From the NCBI GenBank assembly GCA_021300505.1, contig JAJTDQ010000019.1:1-60867 (forward strand): a stretch of DNA of 60,867 nt, read 5' to 3'. Below, one piece after another: positions 48,078 through 56,919 of this stretch (its first letter is position 1; every line of letters starts with the position of its first letter). Source of the DNA: Cryomorphaceae bacterium. GTDB lineage: Bacteria; Bacteroidota; Bacteroidia; Flavobacteriales_D; Crocinitomicaceae. The notes below the pieces were generated by a model, which did not search any database, was not told where the DNA came from, and saw nothing but the letters and a program-made list of their open reading frames with translations. Both the position numbers and the translations under genes were made by a program.

Positions 48078-48757
48078 GTTTTATAGTTTAATCTAAAAAT
48101 ATTATTTTTCCTCCATTCCGTAGTATTCTTGAACAGTAAAAAGAGCCATTCAGGCAAATGATTAATTTGTTCTTTTATATTGACGCCGGATGAATAATTT
48201 TTAATGGAATACACGTTCCCATTCAGATGAACGGTAAAGGGAATCATTACATAGCCATTTTCAGCAATTAAGTCAATTCCCGCCTTACCGTATGTTTGAA
48301 AAGAAGGTCGGTAAATGCTTTCAAATGGATAAAATTGCTCGCGTTGAAAATGAAAATAATAATGTAAACCTCCACCAGCTGTTTCAATTTTGAGCGTTTC
48401 AATATCTTTTCCACCATTGTACCGCAAAAGCCAATCTTTCCAAACGGATGTACCTCGAAATTCTTTATCCACATCTACGACTACCAATTCATTTCTAACA
48501 CCGCACAACAATGCTAAATTCTGGGAATAATTAAACGTACCATGGTGAATCTTTAATTTCATTTCCTCATTAAATCGGAATAATTCAACCCTAAAGTTTG
48601 AAACATTCAGTAAAGGTTTATGATACTCATCACAAGGAAAAAGTAAAAATCCTTCCTCACAAAGTTGCTGTATAAATAGGCATTTTTCCATGTACAAGTG
48701 TCCCAACGAAAATATAAAAAAATATAGGGGAAACTGTGTTAAACTATTAAATTCCAA
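48074..48757 (-). CDS. stand-alone bifunctional primase-polymerase (AEP / Prim-Pol domain) protein
   Basis: 'LVVVDVDKE' (DxD), 'ETAGGGLHYYFHF' (sGGxHxyF) and 'GIDLIAENGYVMIPFTVHLNGNVYS' match the Prim-Pol N-terminal domain. No helicase or C-terminal domain. The start may be the internal ATG at 48691. Confidence 0.65.
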   Translation of the reverse strand: MEFNSLTQFPLYFFIFSLGHLYMEKCLFIQQLCEEGFLLFPCDEYHKPLLNVSNFRVELFRFNEEMKLKIHHGTFNYSQNLALLCGVRNELVVVDVDKEFRGTSVWKDWLLRYNGGKDIETLKIETAGGGLHYYFHFQREQFYPFESIYRPSFQTYGKAGIDLIAENGYVMIPFTVHLNGNVYSIKNYSSGVNIKEQINHLPEWLFLLFKNTTEWRKNNIFRLNYKT

Positions 48758-48837
48758 TAGGGTGTTTACATAAATGCGAGTTTCAGATTCAAATCTTTTA
48801 CCCCTGACTAATAATTATTTATTAAGATTAAAACTTG

Positions 48838-48845
48838 TACATTTG
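48838..48845 (+). promoter_or_regulatory. candidate -7 box (TAnnTTTG)
   Basis: TACATTTG lies 15 nt upstream of ATG 48861. Confidence 0.3.
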
Positions 48846-48860
48846 AATAAATGTAGAGAA

Positions 48861-49574
48861 ATGTTAAAGTATTTAGTTATTTCATTATTGTTTTGTTCTT
48901 TATTCAGCTGTAATAATGGGAGTTTGATTTCTTTGAAACCTAATTCAAATTATTATCTCGCCAGAGCGAATCTATTTAGAAAATACTATAAAAATAGTAG
49001 ACAGGTATTAAAGAATTTAAAATTCGCTCTTTCTTCGGAAAATGCAGAAGAATTCAGAATACTTGAATACAGAGCAGAGTATTATTTTAAAGAATTGAAG
49101 GACTCGTCGAATGCATTCAAGGATTGCAAAGTATTGATCGAAAAGTATGGTGATAGTGCTGTCACCCCATATGCGATTTATGCTGAGTATTTATCCGATT
49201 GCAGGAGATTTAATGAAGCTGAAGAATACTATTTAAAAGCAATTCGATCGTTCGAAGGAAATGTCAATTGGAATTGGTATGATTATTATTGTGATTTGGG
49301 GTACTGCAGAATTGAACTGCAAGACTATTATGGTGCCTTGTATTGCTTCGAAAGAGCAGGAGAATCTCGATTTAGTAGGCTTGGAAATCATGAACTAATT
49401 GGTAAAGGATACTGTTTATATAAATTAGGCCAAAAAGAGTTAGGGAGAAATATGATGAACATATTTAGACGAGATTGGGAATATGATGCCTACGGGGCAC
49501 CTGAAATATACTTTGAAATATTTCCTGAAAAAGAACCTAGGCGTGTTAAGTACAAGTACGACTGGCCCAATTAA
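48861..49574 (+). CDS. TPR-like lipoprotein (island gene)
   Basis: The internal ATG gives the lipoprotein signal 'LLFCSLFSC'. Repeated Y/A/L helical-hairpin pattern. The 48774 start is probably spurious. Confidence 0.55.
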   Translation: MLKYLVISLLFCSLFSCNNGSLISLKPNSNYYLARANLFRKYYKNSRQVLKNLKFALSSENAEEFRILEYRAEYYFKELKDSSNAFKDCKVLIEKYGDSAVTPYAIYAEYLSDCRRFNEAEEYYLKAIRSFEGNVNWNWYDYYCDLGYCRIELQDYYGALYCFERAGESRFSRLGNHELIGKGYCLYKLGQKELGRNMMNIFRRDWEYDAYGAPEIYFEIFPEKEPRRVKYKYDWPN

Positions 49575-49613
49575 TCAACCTTTAGGCCTGTTAACTAAGG
49601 TAAGCAGATTGCT

Positions 49614-50141
49614 CTAAAGCTCAAAGATATCCTCTTTTGAATCCGTAAATAAGCCATTGAAATCTCGGGTATCCACTGCGTACGCCCCTTTTAGTCCTCC
49701 GGGCTCTTTCCATAAAATCTGTAGTTTGGGATAATTCGGGTTGTTTTTTAGGTTTAGAATAAAATATTTTTCTTTCAAGGTGTTGTAATACATGGATTTA
49801 TCTTCAAAAATGAAAATGGCAAAGTTCTCGTTAACAGATATCGGTTTGATGATGAGATTTACCGTTGTGTCTACAATAGAATCTCCATAGTATTTCCAAA
49901 AATTATGCTCGACCGTGTTTTTGTCAAAGTCAAATGTGAATAGTTGAAAGCCCTCAGTTAGTTCATCACTTTCCTTGTTCAAGAATATACCAGGGAAAAG
50001 TACGGTATCCTCGAGCGAAAAATCTTTGGTTGAATTCACAAATATTTGTTTGGTTCCAGTCAATAAGTGAGTTGATTTGTTACGCATGCCTAGCGAGGAA
50101 CATAAAACAAAACAAAGCATGGAAAAAAGCAATTTTGTCAT
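49614..50141 (-). CDS. secreted hypothetical protein (island gene)
   Basis: Signal peptide 'LLFSMLCFVLCSSLG'. 175 aa with no recognisable family. Confidence 0.5.
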   Translation of the reverse strand: MTKLLFSMLCFVLCSSLGMRNKSTHLLTGTKQIFVNSTKDFSLEDTVLFPGIFLNKESDELTEGFQLFTFDFDKNTVEHNFWKYYGDSIVDTTVNLIIKPISVNENFAIFIFEDKSMYYNTLKEKYFILNLKNNPNYPKLQILWKEPGGLKGAYAVDTRDFNGLFTDSKEDIFEL

Positions 50142-50222
50142 CGTATTTAATTATAGGTGGTACAAGCGCATAACCCAAATAGAAAACAATTATAACATTA
50201 GACTTTGGGCTTTTAGCGCAAC

Positions 50223-50252
50223 AAAAAAGGGGCGACCATCACTGGTCGCCCC
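50223..50252 (-). terminator. rho-independent terminator of the PA-domain gene
   Basis: 9-bp stem GGGGCGACC/GGTCGCCCC, followed by T6 on the minus strand. Confidence 0.75.
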
Positions 50253-50273
50253 TTTCTCTATCCAATTCGTGGA

Positions 50274-52031
50274 TTATCTTTTTACAACATTGAATTGTGA
50301 TGTTTTACCATCCTCAAGAACAACATTGAACACATAAACACCAGCCTCAAGAGCAGCGATGTTGATTTGTGATTTACCGTTTACAAGGTTGATTGCGTTA
50401 GAGAAAGCAACTTTACCAGCAACATCAGTTACAGTAAGTGTAGCAGTACCTTCAGCTTTCATAGAAACAGTGACAACATCGGTAGCAGGGTTCGGGTAAG
50501 CTACACCTTCCAATGTATTTTCTTCAATTCCGATAGAATTTACATCGAATACATTCACTGCCATCGCAGAGATTGCATCAGCACCAAATCCTGAAGCGAA
50601 CCATGCAGCATCACTCTCGTTTGGAGAGATTGGTTGCAAGTAGTATGCTTCGTTCCACGTGTAGTTTGTTTTCGTGTCGTGACCAAGGTATATATCCAGG
50701 TTTACAGTTTGCGCACAAGCCAAGTAACGAGCACCATCTTCAAGAACTACTGGAGAATCGAATGCACCGTAAACAGTTTCCCCTTGAAGATCTCCTGGGA
50801 AGTAGTAAAATCCAGAACCAACTGAAGTCAACGCTGTAAATGCAAGCGCAGCATCGTTCAAGTCAACAAATGGATCGTCCCAACGGTACAAGTACAATGC
50901 GATTTCTTCACCTGTAAGTGCAACACCAGATGTAGCAGCGGTAGATGCAGAGAAGTAAACGCCATTCACACCAATACGGCTAGCGTTAGGATCGCTAATC
51001 ATCATACAAGTAGAGAAGGTTTGGTTGTTTGTAGATGGACGGTATCCGTTGTTTGATACTGGGTGATTTGTCGTTTCATCAAGCAATGCATAAGAAAGAA
51101 TGGAGTCAGTTACGGTGAAATCAGAACTTACAGCGTTATCCGCATCATAGTCATCCGCACCAGACAAAGACAAAGTGTAAGATACAGTGTATCGTCCATC
51201 AGCGTAAGTTGGCAATGAGAAATCAGGGAAGGAGTATGCACCACCAGGGAATATATCTACCGTGTCACCTGATTGCATTGGAGACGTGATTGTTACCGTG
51301 TTGTTGTAAACAGTAGCACCTGAAGGATCAGTTACTTTCGCGTTCACTGTAACGTTTGATTGTGCAGCTGAACCCCAGTTTACCACTTCAGTACCAATAG
51401 CAAAGCTAAATTCAGTATTGTCTTGAGCCAATAATGAATTCACACCAGAATACTTAGAGATCAGAGAAGTTCCAGCCGAAATACCACCATCGTTTGCATA
51501 CAAACCAGCTTTGTTCCCAATGAAAGCAGTCACAGGTCCGTTAGCCATTTCGTCAATAATTGTAGCACCATCCGTACTAGTGATCATCACACAAGGAATT
51601 GTTACACTCGCACCAGAAGCACCAGAACCCATTGCAATCACCTCAGGGTCGCGATTCACAACGATTACACCGATAGCTCCAGCGTTTTGAGCTTCCAATG
51701 CTTTCAAACCGAACTCACATGTGTTTCGACGAATAACACAAATTTTTCCAGCATAGGCATTTGGCAATGAAGGATTACACCCTTCTTCTGAAAGGTTGTT
51801 TCCATACGTTGCGTTTGTTCCAGGAGTACCATCATTTACCATGATCAATTCACCAGTAATGAATGTTCCAGGAATTAAGAAATCAGGAGTTCCCCAACCG
51901 CCCGCAGGATCTGCCCACGTGAAGTCGTAGTTGCCCGCGATGTTTGCTGGTGATTCCACCGAGCAAATAACCTGCGCCTGAGACAGCAACGCCGACCCGA
52001 CAACAGCAATTGTTAGTAATAATTTTTTCAT
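50274..52031 (-). CDS. PA (protease-associated) domain protein with a T9SS type A C-terminal sorting domain
   Basis: Signal peptide from ATG 52031 ('MKKLLLTIAVVGSALLSQAQ'). PA-like 'ICVIRRNTCEFGLKALEAQNAGAIGVIVVN'. CTD 'AYPNPATDVVTV...GVYVFNVV...FNVVKR'. Confidence 0.75.
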   Translation of the reverse strand: MKKLLLTIAVVGSALLSQAQVICSVESPANIAGNYDFTWADPAGGWGTPDFLIPGTFITGELIMVNDGTPGTNATYGNNLSEEGCNPSLPNAYAGKICVIRRNTCEFGLKALEAQNAGAIGVIVVNRDPEVIAMGSGASGASVTIPCVMITSTDGATIIDEMANGPVTAFIGNKAGLYANDGGISAGTSLISKYSGVNSLLAQDNTEFSFAIGTEVVNWGSAAQSNVTVNAKVTDPSGATVYNNTVTITSPMQSGDTVDIFPGGAYSFPDFSLPTYADGRYTVSYTLSLSGADDYDADNAVSSDFTVTDSILSYALLDETTNHPVSNNGYRPSTNNQTFSTCMMISDPNASRIGVNGVYFSASTAATSGVALTGEEIALYLYRWDDPFVDLNDAALAFTALTSVGSGFYYFPGDLQGETVYGAFDSPVVLEDGARYLACAQTVNLDIYLGHDTKTNYTWNEAYYLQPISPNESDAAWFASGFGADAISAMAVNVFDVNSIGIEENTLEGVAYPNPATDVVTVSMKAEGTATLTVTDVAGKVAFSNAINLVNGKSQINIAALEAGVYVFNVVLEDGKTSQFNVVKR

Positions 52032-52124
52032 ATGAGTTTTTAAATTAGTTTTCACGAATGTAAAACAAATTACCAAATGTTGGGCATGAATAGGGTGATT
52101 TTCGCACGTTTCAAAGCGAATATC

Positions 52125-52151
52125 ATAAAAAAAGTCCACCAATGGCGGACT
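52125..52151 (-). terminator. rho-independent terminator of the sdh operon
   Basis: Minus-strand stem AGTCCGCC/GGTGGACT (one mismatch), followed by T7. Confidence 0.6.
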
Positions 52152-52176
52152 CTTTTTAAAACGTATGTGAAAAATT

Positions 52177-52941
52177 TTAGTCTTCTGTAACGATTGCCTT
52201 CAAGTATTCACGGTTCATTCGTGCGATGTTTTCTATCGAAATTCCTTTCGGACATTCAACTTCGCAAGCACCTGTATTTGTGCAATTTCCGAATCCTTCT
52301 TCGTCCATTTGACGTACCATGTTTAGCACGCGTTGTTGCGCCTCAACCTTTCCTTGTGGCAACAATGCATACTGTGAAACTTTCGCTCCAACGAACAACA
52401 TAGCTGATCCATTTTTACACGACGCAACACACGCTCCACAACCAATACATGCTGCTGCTTCGAACGCTTTGTCTGCATCTGCTTTTGGAATAGGTGTAGC
52501 ATTCGCATCAATCGTACGTCCAGATGTGTTTACAGAAACAAATCCTCCGGCTTGTTGGATACGGTCAAAAGCGCTACGGTCAACAACCAAGTCTTTAATT
52601 ACGGGGAAGGCGCGAGATCTCCATGGCTCAACATAAATCGTTTCACCGTCTTTGAAGGTACGCATGTGCAACTGACAAGTGGTAACACCTCTGTCTGGTC
52701 CGTGCGCGCGTCCGTTGATGTACAAGGAACAACTTCCACAAATACCTTCGCGGCAGTCGTGGTCAAAAGCAACAGGCTCTTTGCGTTCGTTGATCAACTG
52801 CTCATTCAATTGATCGAGCATTTCTAGGAATGAACTGTCCGTTGAAACATTGTTCAATCCGTAAGTTTCCAAACCACCCTTGGTTGTGCCGTTTTTCTGA
52901 CGCCAGATTTTAAGGGTTATATTGATGAATTTTGATGCCAT
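52177..52941 (-). CDS. sdhB: succinate dehydrogenase/fumarate reductase iron-sulfur subunit
   Basis: 'CREGICGSC', '[11 protein letters not shown]' and '[12 protein letters not shown]' cluster motifs. Confidence 0.95.
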   Translation of the reverse strand: MASKFINITLKIWRQKNGTTKGGLETYGLNNVSTDSSFLEMLDQLNEQLINERKEPVAFDHDCREGICGSCSLYINGRAHGPDRGVTTCQLHMRTFKDGETIYVEPWRSRAFPVIKDLVVDRSAFDRIQQAGGFVSVNTSGRTIDANATPIPKADADKAFEAAACIGCGACVASCKNGSAMLFVGAKVSQYALLPQGKVEAQQRVLNMVRQMDEEGFGNCTNTGACEVECPKGISIENIARMNREYLKAIVTED

Positions 52942-52947
52942 ATCATT

Positions 52948-52982
52948 TTAGTTTTTAGATTGTTAGTTGTTAGTAAGTTAGG
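52948..52982. repeat. TTAGT-type repeat flank (left) of the four-helix-bundle cassette
   Basis: TTAGTTTTTAGATTGTTAGTTGTTAGTAAGTTAGG, an imperfect inverted partner of 53394-53426. Confidence 0.6.
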
Positions 52983-53007
52983 CGAGTCTTACACAACAAC
53001 AATTCGT

Positions 53008-53379
53008 TTATTTATCGTTTTCCTTTAAAGTATTGATGAATGAATTTATCATTTTGCCAATCTCACTAATTTCTTGTTCAACTGAAACAATTGTCTCTTC
53101 ATCACGGCTTAAACTTAGTTTTTTAACCAAAGTAAGTTGGGTGTCAAGTTCATACAACGAACCGCGAGAAATGTGCAGAAAATTGATGTAACTCTTATTG
53201 CTACGACCAAATCCCTCGGCGATATTGCTTGGAATTGAGACTGAACATCTTCGCATTTGGTTCGTTATTCCATACATTTCTTCCTTTGGAAAACGCGATG
53301 AAAGCTGGTAAATAGCGTTACACAGTTCAATTGAACGTTGCCAAATTTGTAAATCTTTATATGAATTAACTTTCCCCAT
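53008..53379 (-). CDS. four-helix-bundle protein (23S rRNA intervening-sequence protein family)
   Basis: 'YKDLQIWQRSIEL', 'QMRRCSVSIPSNIAEGFGR' and 'FLHISRGSLYELDTQL' are hallmarks of the family. The start is taken at ATG 53379. Confidence 0.85.
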   Translation of the reverse strand: MGKVNSYKDLQIWQRSIELCNAIYQLSSRFPKEEMYGITNQMRRCSVSIPSNIAEGFGRSNKSYINFLHISRGSLYELDTQLTLVKKLSLSRDEETIVSVEQEISEIGKMINSFINTLKENDK

Positions 53380-53393
53380 TCTACTGTTACAAT

Positions 53394-53426
53394 CCACTAA
53401 CCAACTAACCACTAGCTAACTAACCA
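53394..53426. repeat. TTAGT-type repeat flank (right, inverted) of the four-helix-bundle cassette
   Basis: CCACTAACCAACTAACCACTAGCTAACTAACCA. The reverse complement is built from GGTTAGT/GTTAG units. Confidence 0.6.
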
Positions 53427-55439
53427 CTACTTATAATTTCTCGCTGCGATTTTAATGAATTCGTAAATCAACGCTTCTTTGTGAAGTTCTTCCTGACGAA
53501 TGTCATCACCCTTGTATTCCCAGGCGCTAACAAATTTAAAGTTCTCGTCATCACGAAGTGTTTCACCTTCTTCATCTTGGTATTCTTCACGGAAGTGACC
53601 ACCGCATGATTCGTTGCGTTGAAGGCCATCTTGCGCCATCAATTGACCAAGCTCGATCAAGTCTGCCACACGCATTGCTTTTTCCAATTCTGGATTTAAC
53701 TCTTCAGCACTTCCGGGTACGAATACATCTTTGCGGAATTCCGTACGAAGGGCTTCAATCTCTGCAATTGCTTCTGTAAGGCTTTTTTCACTTCTTCCCA
53801 TTCCGACTTTATTCCACATAATGAGGCCAAGGCGTTTATGGAAGGAGTCCACGGATTTTGTTCCGTTGTTATTCAAGAAGGCATTGATTTGATCGCGTAC
53901 ATTCTTTTCGGCCTCGTCAAATTCTGCAGATTCGGTAGAAATTTTCCCTGTACGGATTTCATCCGCCAAATAATTAGAAACCGTGTAGGGCAATACAAAA
54001 TATCCGTCCGCCAAACCTTGCATCAATGCAGAAGCTCCAAGTCGATTGGCTCCGTGATCAGAGAAGTTTGCTTCACCTGCCACAAAACAGCCCGGAATTG
54101 TACTTTGTAGGTTGTAATCAACCCAAACACCCCCCATTGTGTAATGCACAGCGGGGTAAATCTTCATAGGTGTTTCGTACGGATTTTCATCAGTAATCTT
54201 CTCGTACATTTGGAATAGGTTTCCGTATTTCTCTTCTACCCATTTTTTTCCAAGCTCAAGAATTTTAGCGTCACTTGGTGCGTGATCTCCTTGCGCAAAT
54301 GCCGCTTGTTTTCCTTTCGAGCGAATTTCTGAAGAGAAGTCAAGGTAAACACCTTCATTTGTGTCATTTGCTTCAATTCCAAAACCAGCGTCACAACGCT
54401 CTTTCGCTGCGCGAGATGCGACATCACGTGGAACAAGGTTTCCAAATGCAGGATATCTTCTTTCCAAGAAATAGTCGCGGTCGTCTTCAGCAATTTGTGT
54501 CGGCTTCAATTTACCAGCGCGAATCGCTTCAGCATCTTCTTTTTTCTTCGGCACCCAAATACGGCCAGAGTTACGCAATGATTCCGACATCAAGGTCAGT
54601 TTCGATTGATTTGTCCCGTGAACTGGAATACATGTTGGGTGAATTTGTACGAAGCAAGGATTCGCGAACAATGCTCCACGCTTGTGCGTTTTCCATGCAG
54701 CTGTCACGTTACTTCCCATTGCGTTGGTTGAGAGGAAATATACATTTCCATATCCTCCCGAAGCGATAATCACCGCGTGTGCAGAGTGACGTTCTATTTC
54801 TCCAGTTACAAGGTTGCGCGCAATGATTCCACGTGCTTTACCATCTACTTTTACCAAGTCGAGCATCTCATGGCGGTTGTACATGGTAACATGTCCTACA
54901 CCAATTTGACGAGAAAGTGCGGAATACGCTCCTAACAACAACTGTTGTCCAGTTTGACCAGCCGCGTAGAAGGTACGTTGAACTTGTGTCCCACCGAATG
55001 AACGGTTATCCAACAAACCACCGTACTCACGTGCAAAAGGAACACCTTGAGCAACACATTGGTCAATGATGTTTCCAGATACTTCAGCCAAACGGTGAAC
55101 ATTGGCTTCACGTGCGCGGTAGTCACCACCCTTGATGGTGTCGTAAAACAAACGGTACACAGAGTCACCGTCATTTTGGTAATTTTTTGCAGCGTTGATT
55201 CCCCCTTGAGCGGCAATCGAGTGCGCACGACGTGGAGAATCTTGGAAACAAAAGGCTTTCACGTTGTAACCCATTTCCCCGAGTGACGCAGCAGCAGAAG
55301 CTCCAGCAAGACCTGTTCCTACAACGATTATATCGATTTTCGGACGGTTGTTAGGCGCAACAAGTTTTAAATGATTTTTATGGTCGGTCCATTTCTCTGA
55401 AATGTGACCCGCCGGTATTTTTGCATCTAGCTTTGACAT
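53427..55439 (-). CDS. sdhA: succinate dehydrogenase/fumarate reductase flavoprotein subunit
   Basis: '[12 protein letters not shown]' FAD motif, '[11 protein letters not shown]' and 'HYTMGGV'. 670 aa. Confidence 0.95.
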   Translation of the reverse strand: MSKLDAKIPAGHISEKWTDHKNHLKLVAPNNRPKIDIIVVGTGLAGASAAASLGEMGYNVKAFCFQDSPRRAHSIAAQGGINAAKNYQNDGDSVYRLFYDTIKGGDYRAREANVHRLAEVSGNIIDQCVAQGVPFAREYGGLLDNRSFGGTQVQRTFYAAGQTGQQLLLGAYSALSRQIGVGHVTMYNRHEMLDLVKVDGKARGIIARNLVTGEIERHSAHAVIIASGGYGNVYFLSTNAMGSNVTAAWKTHKRGALFANPCFVQIHPTCIPVHGTNQSKLTLMSESLRNSGRIWVPKKKEDAEAIRAGKLKPTQIAEDDRDYFLERRYPAFGNLVPRDVASRAAKERCDAGFGIEANDTNEGVYLDFSSEIRSKGKQAAFAQGDHAPSDAKILELGKKWVEEKYGNLFQMYEKITDENPYETPMKIYPAVHYTMGGVWVDYNLQSTIPGCFVAGEANFSDHGANRLGASALMQGLADGYFVLPYTVSNYLADEIRTGKISTESAEFDEAEKNVRDQINAFLNNNGTKSVDSFHKRLGLIMWNKVGMGRSEKSLTEAIAEIEALRTEFRKDVFVPGSAEELNPELEKAMRVADLIELGQLMAQDGLQRNESCGGHFREEYQDEEGETLRDDENFKFVSAWEYKGDDIRQEELHKEALIYEFIKIAARNYK

Positions 55440-55450
55440 ACGATATCAGC

Positions 55451-56383
55451 TTATTTATTGATGAAAAGAAGAATAGGAATAATCGCAAATAGTAATGGAA
55501 CGACAATAGAGAACACCTTACCAAATGCGCGAATGGCAGGTGTATAGCGAGGGTGATTCATTCCAAGCGATTGGAAGGCCGAGGCGAAACCATGCCACAG
55601 GTGGAAGGACAGCACAAGCATTGCTAAAACATAAAGCGTTACGGCTAAACCTGCGTTTTTATTCGCAGGAACACCTTCTTTCGATCTGTCCTGACCAAAG
55701 AACGCTACGGTAAGTGAGTGCAAATCCTTGTAGCCTTCACCAATTTCAACATCTTTATCTTTCGCGTAGAATTTAACGTGATCTTTAACCTCTACGATGT
55801 CCATTTTCTTTTTCGTCTGCGGATCAATGTAGGAATATTCAATGTAGTCACCATTGGTTGTTAGGGCGTAAGTCACAGTGATCGTATTTTTCATTTCCTG
55901 ACCTGTCAATGGATTTTGACCCATCGAAACGCTTATATCCTTTGTCATTAGATGCAAAGGCATCGGGTCAGAAGAATACTTCATTTTCCACCAAAAATTC
56001 GACATGTGAATCGCGATGAAGATGAAAATGGCGCTTCCAAGTACAGCCATGTTGCGCGAAGCTGAGGATGAATTGGCTCCTGGCTTGTTGTACGCATAAG
56101 CTACTGGACGTGCTTTTTTGTTCTGAACCGCCAACATAATTCCATCAATGGCGTGAAACAAAATAGATAGGTAAGTGGCGTACGACATGACCTTAATTAC
56201 GATGTTGTGCGACATAAAGTACGCATACTCGTTAAAGGCTCTACGCCCTTCTTCTCCCGTTTTTAGAATCAATTGAAGGTTCCCCAACAAGTGACCAACG
56301 AGAAAAAGACAGAGAAATAATCCCGTAATCGCCATCCAATATTTTTTAGCGATTGACGAGGAAAGAAGTGCTGACTTGCTCAT
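55451..56383 (-). CDS. sdhC: succinate dehydrogenase cytochrome b subunit (b558 family), apparently with an enlarged loop
   Basis: 5-TM pattern with conserved His residues ('FLVGHLLGN', 'ILFHAIDG', 'FHLWHGFASAFQSLG'). It is first in the sdhCAB order. Confidence 0.8.
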   Translation of the reverse strand: MSKSALLSSSIAKKYWMAITGLFLCLFLVGHLLGNLQLILKTGEEGRRAFNEYAYFMSHNIVIKVMSYATYLSILFHAIDGIMLAVQNKKARPVAYAYNKPGANSSSASRNMAVLGSAIFIFIAIHMSNFWWKMKYSSDPMPLHLMTKDISVSMGQNPLTGQEMKNTITVTYALTTNGDYIEYSYIDPQTKKKMDIVEVKDHVKFYAKDKDVEIGEGYKDLHSLTVAFFGQDRSKEGVPANKNAGLAVTLYVLAMLVLSFHLWHGFASAFQSLGMNHPRYTPAIRAFGKVFSIVVPLLFAIIPILLFINK

Positions 56384-56416
56384 AAATGTAGTTCTTACAG
56401 TTTAAAAATTACCATG

Positions 56417-56424
56417 CAAATTTA
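56417..56424 (-). promoter_or_regulatory. candidate -7 box (TAnnTTTG on minus strand) for sdhCAB
   Basis: The reverse complement reads TAAATTTG, 33 nt upstream of the ATG at 56383. Confidence 0.35.
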
Positions 56425-56550
56425 ATAGTTAGAACAATGTACTATGGCAAAGGTTCTTATTTAGATTCATTATAAGTTAAAAAGCCGAGATATTTTGATT
56501 GACGCTGTTATTTTTCTACAAAATCCGTGTTTGACTGAAAAAAGAATGTT

Positions 56551-56919
56551 ATGAAAAAGGGGTTGATGGCGTGTGCATTGTGTCTAAGTACCATTGCGTT
56601 TGCGCAGGAAGAACAGCATTTACAAGGTTCATCCACAGAGGCAAAGGAACAAACGAATGAAATTTTTAAAATGACGAACCGCATTGAGTCGGCTGCTGTC
56701 GTTGTGCGTGTTTTTCCAAATCCATCAAGTGGAGATTTTACCATTGTTGGTCCGGAAGGGTCTCAGGTGACAGTTTACAGTGATCTTGGTACCTATGTGG
56801 GCACGTGGAGCATTGGTGCTGAAGGAAGTGTTTTTTTAGACCAAATGCCTTCAGGTGTGTTTATCTGCACCGTTTTAATTGCGGGTGAAAGACATGTACG
56901 TCGCGTGGTGGTGATGTAA
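56551..56919 (+). CDS. small secreted protein consisting mainly of a T9SS type A C-terminal sorting domain
   Basis: Signal peptide plus 'VFPNPSSGDFTI...GVFICTV'. Confidence 0.6.
   Translation: MKKGLMACALCLSTIAFAQEEQHLQGSSTEAKEQTNEIFKMTNRIESAAVVVRVFPNPSSGDFTIVGPEGSQVTVYSDLGTYVGTWSIGAEGSVFLDQMPSGVFICTVLIAGERHVRRVVVM

Noticed and set aside
47171-50273. Possible att-like direct repeats at the island borders ('ACATTATAA' near 47246 versus 'AATTATAACATTA' near 50190).
   Set aside because: The matches are only ~7-9 nt of AT-rich sequence, which is not distinguishable from chance by eye.
52032-52142. A 37-codon N-terminal extension of the PA-domain gene. Similar extensions occur on the LD-carboxypeptidase gene (57832-57903), the four-helix-bundle gene (53380-53412), the pirin gene (59512-59625), the TPR island gene (48774-48860) and ispG (44309-44335).
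   Set aside because: Internal ATGs give proper signal peptides or conserved N-termini. The extensions read through promoter or repeat sequence.
54275-54769. 164 aa plus-strand ORF inside sdhA.
   Set aside because: It is antisense to a highly conserved flavoprotein gene and has no motifs.
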